This document shows positions 56,791 to 64,000 of a DNA stretch of 64,000 nt, piece after piece. A program made the position numbers and the translations under genes. The DNA lies in NCBI GenBank assembly GCA_964436305.1, contig CAYTCI010000001.1:48037-112036 (forward strand), written 5' to 3'. This DNA comes from an uncultured Cytophagia bacterium. Lineage in GTDB: Bacteria; Zhuqueibacterota; Zhuqueibacteria; Residuimicrobiales; Residuimicrobiaceae. Under the pieces are notes generated by a model, which was not told the origin of the DNA, made no database searches, and saw nothing but the letters and a program-made list of their open reading frames with translations. Each line of letters begins with the position of its first letter. Position 1 is the stretch's first letter.

Positions 56791-59700
56791 ATGCGACGAG
56801 CGCTGCTTCTTGTTCTGATCTGTCTCACAACGGGGACACTCCTTGCCGGCACGACCGGCAAGATCACCGGAGTCGTCACCGATGCCGAGAACGGGGAGAG
56901 TTTACCGGGGGTTAACGTCAGCCTCCCGGGCAGCGGGTTCGGCGGGATCACCAATTTGAATGGCCGCTTTCTCATCCTCAATGTCCCTCCGGGAACCTAC
57001 GATCTCAAATTCAGCCTGATGGGCTATGCCACCGTGACCATGCGGGCGGTGCGTGTGGAGATCGATTTGACCACCCAGGCCGACGTGCAGCTCAAGGCGG
57101 AAACCCTGCAAGGGGAGGAGGTTGTCGTTGTCGCCCATCGTCCCCTGGTGGTGCGCGATATCTCCAACAGCCAGATGAGCATCGAGGCGGCCAGGATCGA
57201 GAGCATGCCGGTCGAAACCGTGCGTCAGGTGCTCAGCCTCCAGGCGGGCATTCAATCCGGCCGTGAGGGCATCCTCGTCCGCGGCAGCAGCGCCGGGCAA
57301 ACAGCCTTTATGATGGACGGCGTCTCCCTCAATGACGAACGCTCCAACATTCCCTACACCGCGGTTGGCTTCAGCGCGGTCAAGGAGATCAGCGTCCAGA
57401 CCGGCGGCTTCAACGCCGAATATGGCAATCTCCGCGCCGGCCTGGTCAATGTCATCACCAAGGAGGGGGAATCGGGACAGTACAACGGCGCCCTGATCCT
57501 GCGCTACAGCCCGCCCGCCGCCAAGCATTTCGGTTCCTCGATCTATGACCCCTACTCCTTCTTCAACCGTGTCTATATGGATCCGGCGGTCTGTTATACC
57601 GGCACCAACAACGGCGCCTGGGATGAATTCACCCGCCGGCAGTACCCCAGTTTCGACGGCTGGAACACCTATTCGGAAAAGACCCTGCAAGACAAGGATC
57701 CCAGCAATGATCTGACGCCGGAAGGCGCACGGCAGCTCTATGAATGGCAGCACCGCCGGCAGGGGGATATCACCAAACCGGACTATATCATCGATGGCAC
57801 CTTTGGCGGGCCGGTGCCGCTGGTCGGCTCCCGCCTCGGCCACCTGCGCTTTCTCGCTACCCATGTCCGCGAACAGGATATGTTTATCTATCCCTTGTCA
57901 CGCGATAACTATGGCGAAAATTATACCCGTCTGAAACTCACCAGCGACATCAGCCCCAAAATGAAGCTGATCCTCTCCGGCCTCTATGGTGAGGTCCACT
58001 CCGTTTCACCCTATAACTGGACCACCTTGCCCAACGGCCGCGTGCTGCGCGACCAGAGCGAGATCGCCGATCTGCTCACCGCCACCGAAGGCCGGGCTGT
58101 CCTCTACATGCCCGGGTACTACAGCCCGAGCTCGGTCTATCGCCAGGTCTATAGCGCCCAGCTCACCCATATGCTCAGCACCCGGACCTATTACGATCTT
58201 TCTCTGCAGTATAATTACAGCCGTAACAATACCTACAAAACCGCTGACCGCGACACCGCCCGCATCTATCAGCCGGTTCCGGGATATTACGTCGACGAAT
58301 TGCCCTACGGCTATATGGGTTACAGCGCCCCGAGCATCAACGGCGACCGGATGGGGGCCTGGATGAATCTTGGCCGGGACAAGAGCATCAACTCGACCGC
58401 TCACTTCAAGCTGGATTTGACCAGCCAGGTCAACCATCGCAACCAGGTCAAGACCGGCGTGCAGGTCGTCTACAACGACTATAATATCCGTTCCTTCACC
58501 GAGAGCCTCGCCCTCCCCGATGGCTGGAGCCGCACGATGTTCTACCACGTGTTCCCCTATCGGGTCGGGGCCTACCTGCAGGACAAGCTCGAGTTCCAGG
58601 GATTCGTCGCCAATCTCGGCTTGCGCATGGATTACAGCGATCCCAATGGCAGCTATTTGGTCCTGGGCGACTTTGACGAAAACCTGGGCAAGGGATTGGG
58701 CAAGCAGCTGTTGCAGAGGGTCAGCAAGGCGGATGCCAAATCGACGCTGCTCTGGAGCCCGCGCCTTGGGGTTTCGCACCCGATCACTGCCAACTCCAAA
58801 CTCTATTTCAACTACGGCCATTTCACCCAGGAACCCTCCTCTGCCAACCGGTTCATGCTGCAGCGCGAGCAGAACGGCTCGGTGACCTACCTCGGCAATC
58901 CCAATCTGGCGCCGGAGAAAACGATCCAGTATGAACTGGGCTATTCGCAGAATTTGCTCGACCTCTTCCTGTTGAATATCGCCGCCTATTACAAGGATAT
59001 TACCAATCAGCCGGGCTGGATCAACTATATCAATGTCAACAGCACGGTGAATTACAGCAAGGCAGCCAACAACAACTATGCGGATATCCGCGGACTCGAG
59101 CTGACCCTGAACAAGACCGCGGGCCGCTGGATCTCCGGTTTCATCAACTATACCTACGATGTCCGTACCAGCGGCTATTTCGGCCTGCTGAGCTATTACC
59201 AGGACCCGGCGCGGCAGCGGGACTATCTGGCGCTGAATACCTACCAGTCCAAGCCGCGGCCGCAGCCCTACGCCCGCTTCAATCTGGATCTGCACACGCC
59301 GCGGGATTGGGGCGGCAAGCTCTTCAGCGATATCAACTTTAACTGCCTCGGCGGCTGGAGTGCCGGCGCCTACGATACCTACAATCCCAACGATCTGGCG
59401 GGTATTCAGGATAACGTCCGCTGGAAAGATACCTATTACCTCGACATGCGTCTCTCCAAGCAGGTGAGCGCCGCCGGTCTGCAGGTCCAGCTCTATGTCG
59501 ATGCCAGCAATATCTTCAATTTCAAGTTCCTCAACTATGCCGGCTTTTCCGACAGCTATGATTACGACTTTTACATGCAGTCTCTCTGCTTTTCCTGGGA
59601 GAAGGGCGATAACAAGGGGAGCGACCGCATCGGCGCGTATCGCCCCGCCGACGTCGCCTACGATCCCCTGGAAGCTAATCCTGGGAACAATCCGGCGATT

Positions 59701-59817
59701 TCCGCCCGCAATGCCAAACGCAAGGAGAACAAGTCCTATATCGACAATCCTAATATCGAGGCCCTGACCTTTCTTAATCCCCGCGATATCACCTTTGGTC
59801 TAAAGCTGAATTTTTAA
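56791..59817 (+). CDS. TonB-dependent outer-membrane receptor with CarboxypepD_reg-like domain (paralog 2)
   Basis: AGTTGKITGVVTDAENGESLPGVNVSLPGSGFGGITNLNGRFLILNVPPGTYDL. Plug: VRGSSAGQTAFMMDGVSLNDERSN...GGFNAEYGNLRAGLVNVITKEG. Barrel ends in ...FGLKLNF. Confidence 0.88.
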   Translation: MRRALLLVLICLTTGTLLAGTTGKITGVVTDAENGESLPGVNVSLPGSGFGGITNLNGRFLILNVPPGTYDLKFSLMGYATVTMRAVRVEIDLTTQADVQLKAETLQGEEVVVVAHRPLVVRDISNSQMSIEAARIESMPVETVRQVLSLQAGIQSGREGILVRGSSAGQTAFMMDGVSLNDERSNIPYTAVGFSAVKEISVQTGGFNAEYGNLRAGLVNVITKEGESGQYNGALILRYSPPAAKHFGSSIYDPYSFFNRVYMDPAVCYTGTNNGAWDEFTRRQYPSFDGWNTYSEKTLQDKDPSNDLTPEGARQLYEWQHRRQGDITKPDYIIDGTFGGPVPLVGSRLGHLRFLATHVREQDMFIYPLSRDNYGENYTRLKLTSDISPKMKLILSGLYGEVHSVSPYNWTTLPNGRVLRDQSEIADLLTATEGRAVLYMPGYYSPSSVYRQVYSAQLTHMLSTRTYYDLSLQYNYSRNNTYKTADRDTARIYQPVPGYYVDELPYGYMGYSAPSINGDRMGAWMNLGRDKSINSTAHFKLDLTSQVNHRNQVKTGVQVVYNDYNIRSFTESLALPDGWSRTMFYHVFPYRVGAYLQDKLEFQGFVANLGLRMDYSDPNGSYLVLGDFDENLGKGLGKQLLQRVSKADAKSTLLWSPRLGVSHPITANSKLYFNYGHFTQEPSSANRFMLQREQNGSVTYLGNPNLAPEKTIQYELGYSQNLLDLFLLNIAAYYKDITNQPGWINYINVNSTVNYSKAANNNYADIRGLELTLNKTAGRWISGFINYTYDVRTSGYFGLLSYYQDPARQRDYLALNTYQSKPRPQPYARFNLDLHTPRDWGGKLFSDINFNCLGGWSAGAYDTYNPNDLAGIQDNVRWKDTYYLDMRLSKQVSAAGLQVQLYVDASNIFNFKFLNYAGFSDSYDYDFYMQSLCFSWEKGDNKGSDRIGAYRPADVAYDPLEANPGNNPAISARNAKRKENKSYIDNPNIEALTFLNPRDITFGLKLNF

Positions 59818-59847
59818 CCCGGCAAACGGCAGAGGAGCGATTAGTCC

Positions 59848-62001
59848 ATGAACAAGAATTCCAGATTTCTGTCGGTCATCGTCGGGGTGCTGATCTCTTT
59901 AACACTGGTGCAAATGGCCTCGGGACAACTGCTGGGTACAGAACGGCGCTATGTCCGTGTCGGCCCGCTGCAGAGCTTTTTCCAGTCGTATGGCCGTGAG
60001 CGCGCCTTTAACAACTCCTATTATGAAGGGCTGATGTGGCCGGCCGACTATTCCTACCAGGACAATGCTGTCATCAACTGTATCTGGATGGGGTGCCGGG
60101 AGTTCCGGAACAAGAACGACAAATATTACGACAAGTATGCGTTCCCGATGGCCACCGACGAAAATGTCGGCATGGCGATCTTTCCCCTCGAGATCAAGCA
60201 GATCGCCAAATTTACACCGCCCTCGATCTATGTGGATGGCAGTGATATAACCGCGATCTATGCCGGCGATGTGGACGAGATCAATCCCGACCAGGCCGCC
60301 GACCGCGTCATCATCAATCGCATCAATACCTCGATGGGACTCTCGATGACGCGGGAGATCTATTATTTTTCCCAGCAATATCACGACAATTATTTTATCA
60401 AGGTTTTCACCTTCACCAACACCGGCAATACCGATTTCGACGACGAGATCGAGTTGACCACGCCGCTCAAGGCGGTGCGGATCAGTACCGCGGTGCGCTA
60501 CAGCGTGTGCCGGGAGGGGGCGATGATGACCAGCGGCACCCAGCAGTGGGGTCAGCAGAGCTGGGTGACCCGGCGCGGCGAGAACTATGCTGCGCATGCC
60601 GGTGAAACCCTCACCGAAGCGAACGGACCGGTGCAGTGGTTGCGGTGTAATTTTGCCTGGGCCGGGCAGAAAAAGGAGATCGCCTGGGATTGCATCGGGG
60701 CTCCGGATGTCACAGGGGACGGCCGCCTGGCTGCGCCGCAGCATGCCGGCAGCGTCATCCTGCATGTTGACAAGAGCGGGAGCGACAAGTCCGATGATCC
60801 AGCCCAGCCCTTGCTCAATGGCTGGCACGGCGCGGATGCGCAGAGCTTTTTCTCGACCGGGCTGATGACCGACAACGATCTGCCACTGATGGCCAAGCTC
60901 TATGATATGACGGCCGGTGCTGCCCTCGGCGGGATCGGCGGCAACGAACGCTTTGACGAAAAATATCAGGCCTCCTCGCCCGACGCCTTTACCGTCCACG
61001 GGGACGCTGGCGGGACCCACATGTGGGTCTGTTACGGCCCCTGGGATCTGGCGCATGGTGAAAGCATCACCATCGTCGAGGCCGAGGGGGTGGCCGGCTT
61101 GTCGCGCGAGCAGTGCGAGCGAATCGGCCGCCGCTGGAAGAAGGCCTACAACAATCCCAGCGATGCGGGGCCCTTTACGCTGCCCAACGGCTCGACCACG
61201 ACCAGCAAGGATGAATACAAGGACCAATGGGTCTATAGTGGCAAGGATTCGATCCTGCTCACCTTCAGCCGGGCCAAACGGAATTTCGATTCCGGTTTCA
61301 GGATTCCCCAGCCGCCGATGCCGCCCTCCTTTGTGGAGGTCAAATCGGGTGGCGACATGATCAGCGTCTCCTGGGGTCCGAGCAGCTCCGAGAGCGCCGG
61401 CGGTTTCGGCGGCTACAAGGTCTATCGCGCCATCGGCCGGCCCGACACCCTCTACACGGAGATCTACAGCGGCGGCCCCGGGACCTATGCCTATAATGAC
61501 AAGCAGGCTGTACGCGGGCAAGCCTACTACTATTATGTGGTCGCCGTCGATGACGGCTCGAACAATAGTGAAGGCCGCCATAATCCGGCCGGTCCCCTGC
61601 ACAGCAGCAAGTTCTATGGCCTGGCGAGCCAGCCTGCCTATCTCTCACGCCAGGCCGGCCAAAAGCTCCAGGATATTCGCGTCGTCCCCAATCCCTACGA
61701 TATCCGGTCGCGAAAACTGCAGTATGTGGGGGAGGATGACAAGATCATGTTCCTCAACATCCCCGGTCACTGCACCATCCGGATCTATACCGAGCGGGGC
61801 GATCTGATCGACACGATCCACCACGAGAATGGCAGCGGCGATGAGCGCTGGAATTCGATCACCTCTGCACGCCAGGTGGTGGTCTCCGGCGTCTATATTG
61901 TTCACTTTGAGGTTACCCAGGATTACCGGGACAGCGTTACCGACCAGCTCCTTTACAGCAAGGGCGAAGGCACGTTCCGCAAATTCGTGATCATTCGCTG
62001 A
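59848..62001 (+). CDS. secreted ~700-aa protein of unrecognised family with FN3-like module and T9SS-like C-terminal domain (TBDR partner, paralog 2)
   Basis: Signal peptide. Colinear with 49507-51618 (see the shared blocks listed there). Starts 30 nt after TBDR paralog 2. Confidence 0.72.
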   Translation: MNKNSRFLSVIVGVLISLTLVQMASGQLLGTERRYVRVGPLQSFFQSYGRERAFNNSYYEGLMWPADYSYQDNAVINCIWMGCREFRNKNDKYYDKYAFPMATDENVGMAIFPLEIKQIAKFTPPSIYVDGSDITAIYAGDVDEINPDQAADRVIINRINTSMGLSMTREIYYFSQQYHDNYFIKVFTFTNTGNTDFDDEIELTTPLKAVRISTAVRYSVCREGAMMTSGTQQWGQQSWVTRRGENYAAHAGETLTEANGPVQWLRCNFAWAGQKKEIAWDCIGAPDVTGDGRLAAPQHAGSVILHVDKSGSDKSDDPAQPLLNGWHGADAQSFFSTGLMTDNDLPLMAKLYDMTAGAALGGIGGNERFDEKYQASSPDAFTVHGDAGGTHMWVCYGPWDLAHGESITIVEAEGVAGLSREQCERIGRRWKKAYNNPSDAGPFTLPNGSTTTSKDEYKDQWVYSGKDSILLTFSRAKRNFDSGFRIPQPPMPPSFVEVKSGGDMISVSWGPSSSESAGGFGGYKVYRAIGRPDTLYTEIYSGGPGTYAYNDKQAVRGQAYYYYVVAVDDGSNNSEGRHNPAGPLHSSKFYGLASQPAYLSRQAGQKLQDIRVVPNPYDIRSRKLQYVGEDDKIMFLNIPGHCTIRIYTERGDLIDTIHHENGSGDERWNSITSARQVVVSGVYIVHFEVTQDYRDSVTDQLLYSKGEGTFRKFVIIR

Positions 62002-62065
62002 GCTGGCGTAGCGCGCCCTCCGGGCGCATGTTCAAGGGCATTACGGATTACAGGAGAGAAGCATT

Positions 62066-64000
62066 ATGGCAAGACTGTTAAAATGGAGCCTGATTCTTGT
62101 ACTCGGCCTTTCATGCGGGCTGTTCGCCGGGACGACCGGCAAATTGACCGGCACAGTGACGGATGCCGAGAGTGGAGGGCCTCTCCCCGGGGTCAACGTC
62201 GTCATCGAGGGGACAAGTTATGGCGCCGTGACCAATATCGAGGGGCGCTATACCATCATCAACCTCCCGCCCGGCACCTATGATCTCCGCATTTCGATGC
62301 TGGGCTATGCCACCTACCAGGTGCGCCAGGTGCGCGTTGAGATCGACCGCACCACCGAGGTCAACCGCGCCCTGAAAAGCCAGGCGATCGAGGGTGAGAA
62401 CGTGGTCGTCGTCGCCCAGCGCCCGGTGGTCAAGCGGGATATCTCCAGCAGCCAGACCAATCTTGAGGCGGCCGCGATCGAGAACATGCCCGTACAGACC
62501 GTGCGCGAAGCCCTCGTCCTTCAGGCCGGCATCCAGAAGGGCAGCGAGGGCTTGTTGATCCGCGGTGGCGCGGCCAATCAGACCGGCATGCTGCTCGACG
62601 GTCTGTCGCTCAACGATGAGCGTTCCAACATCCCCTATGCGGCGCTCTCGATGAGTGCGGTCAAGGAGATCCAGATCCAGACCGGCGGATTCAATGCCGA
62701 ATATGGTAATATCCGTTCCGGCCTGGTCAACGTCATCACCAAGGAGGGCGATGCCTCCCGTTACAATTTCACGGCCAATCTCAATTACAGCCCCCCCGCG
62801 AAAAAACATTTCGGCCGCTCGCTCTATGATCCGATGTCTTATTTTAATCGGGTTTACATGGATCCGACGGTCTGTTTCTCCGGCACCAACAACGGCGCCT
62901 GGGATGACTATACCCGCAGCCAGTATCCCAATTTTGACGGCTGGCAGTCGGTGGCTGACAAGACTCTGCAGGATGCCAATCCTGATAACGACCTCACAGC
63001 CGTGGGCGCGCAGCGCCTCTATGAGTGGCAGCACCGCCGCCAAGGCGATATCACCAAGCCCGATTACGTAGCGGATCTTGGCTTCGGCGGCCCGGTGCCC
63101 CTGCTCAATAAATTCGGCCGCACCCGTTTCTTCCTCAGCCACTTCCGCGAACAGGAGATGTTCGTCTTTCCGCTCTCCCGCGACGGCTATACCGAGAATT
63201 ATACCCAGATCAAACTGACCTCGGACCTCACCAAAAACATGAAGGTGATGTACACCGGGCTGTACGGTGAACTCTACTCGGTATCCCCCTACAACTGGAC
63301 CACCGCGCCGACCGGATATGTCCTTCGCGATCAGGGCGAGATCGCCGATCTGCTCAACAGCACCGACGGCCTCGCCGTCCTCTATGTGCCGGCCTACTAC
63401 AGCCCGACAGCGATCTATCGTCAGATGCACGGCCTCAAGCTGACCCATATGCTCTCACCGAAGACCTTTTATGAAGTCACGGCGGAGTATCAATACAACC
63501 GCACCAATACCTATCAGATGAGCCTGCGGGATACCGCCAAAACGAACCAGATCCTGCCCGGCTATTTTGTCGACGAAATGCCCTACGGCTACTGGGGCTA
63601 TGGCACCAACAGCATCAACGGCGACCGCATGGGCGGCTGGATGAATCTGGGCCGCGACAAAAGCATCAATGCCACCACCAATCTCAAGGTTGACCTGACC
63701 AGCCAGATCGCCGCGCGCCATCAGATCAAGACCGGCGCCCAGGTGGTCTATAACGATTATAATATCAACTCCGGGACGGTCAGCCCCTCGATGGACACCT
63801 GGAACCGGTCGATGACCTACCGGGTTTTCCCCTTCCGCATTGGCGCCTACCTGCAGGACAAGATCGAGTATCAGGGTTTTGTCGCCAATCTCGGCTTGCG
63901 CATGGATCAGGTCAGTCCCAACGGCGACTATCTGGTCCTCGATGCCTATGATGTCAATCTGGGCGCGGGCTATGGCAGGGAGATCACCACCAACGTGGTC
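62066..64000 (+). CDS. TonB-dependent outer-membrane receptor with CarboxypepD_reg-like domain (paralog 3), 3'-truncated by the window end; not listed in the supplied ORF track
   Basis: Hand translation from the ATG at 62066: MARLLKWSLILVLGLSCGLFAGTTGKLTGTVTDAESGGPLPGVNVVIEGTSYGAVTNIEGRYTIINLPPGTYDL...IRGGAANQTGMLLDGLSLNDERSN...LYEWQHRRQGDITKPDY...GAGYGREITTNVV. The frame is open to nt 64000 and colinear with paralog 2. Confidence 0.85.
   Translation, partial: MARLLKWSLILVLGLSCGLFAGTTGKLTGTVTDAESGGPLPGVNVVIEGTSYGAVTNIEGRYTIINLPPGTYDLRISMLGYATYQVRQVRVEIDRTTEVNRALKSQAIEGENVVVVAQRPVVKRDISSSQTNLEAAAIENMPVQTVREALVLQAGIQKGSEGLLIRGGAANQTGMLLDGLSLNDERSNIPYAALSMSAVKEIQIQTGGFNAEYGNIRSGLVNVITKEGDASRYNFTANLNYSPPAKKHFGRSLYDPMSYFNRVYMDPTVCFSGTNNGAWDDYTRSQYPNFDGWQSVADKTLQDANPDNDLTAVGAQRLYEWQHRRQGDITKPDYVADLGFGGPVPLLNKFGRTRFFLSHFREQEMFVFPLSRDGYTENYTQIKLTSDLTKNMKVMYTGLYGELYSVSPYNWTTAPTGYVLRDQGEIADLLNSTDGLAVLYVPAYYSPTAIYRQMHGLKLTHMLSPKTFYEVTAEYQYNRTNTYQMSLRDTAKTNQILPGYFVDEMPYGYWGYGTNSINGDRMGGWMNLGRDKSINATTNLKVDLTSQIAARHQIKTGAQVVYNDYNINSGTVSPSMDTWNRSMTYRVFPFRIGAYLQDKIEYQGFVANLGLRMDQVSPNGDYLVLDAYDVNLGAGYGREITTNVV

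Overview
GC-rich bacterial chromosomal window with about 40 protein genes. No rRNA, tRNA, CRISPR array, transposase or integrase was recognised by eye. Third-codon G/C bias keeps very long antisense 'shadow' ORFs open, and these are rejected below. Several features point to an FCB-superphylum-like organism, though the taxon cannot be fixed from sequence alone: a short (294 aa) Bacteroidota/Chlorobi-type primary sigma factor, a PorV/PorQ-like barrel, and several proteins ending in T9SS-type C-terminal sorting domains. nt 1-30.4k is one long plus-strand run of housekeeping and envelope genes: aspS (5'-truncated), a lipoprotein plus LysM pair, phoH-pgpH-ybeY, a membrane protein, a GYF-MinD/ParA ATPase, trkH-trkA, hsp20-lon, a UDPGP-family pyrophosphorylase, an AsmA-like giant with a DUF1318 lipoprotein, a 2,715-aa exported PD40-TPR-CHAT protein, and a GlgD-like/GlgC pair. 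nt 30.4-46k holds a DUF481-like OMP, a chagasin-type inhibitor next to a papain-family protease, an MBL hydrolase, a lamin-tail-domain T9SS cargo, rsmA-recO-glyQS-pyrF-pyrE, the sigma factor, ltaE, an EndoQ-like PHP nuclease fused to a UvrD helicase, and a PIN-PhoH2 ATPase. nt 46-64k is an accessory-looking outer-membrane locus. It has three paralogous CarboxypepD_reg-type TonB-dependent receptors; the third runs off the window and is absent from the ORF track. Two of them are each followed by a ~700-aa paralogous secreted protein of unknown family with a T9SS-like tail. The locus also encodes a PorV/PorQ-like barrel, a TIG plus beta-propeller lipoprotein, and an 818-aa T9SS cargo with three CBM-like repeats. 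The best candidates for something undescribed are the TBDR-plus-CTD-partner cassettes and the exported giant CHAT protease, which also carries an internal dead CHAT-like module.
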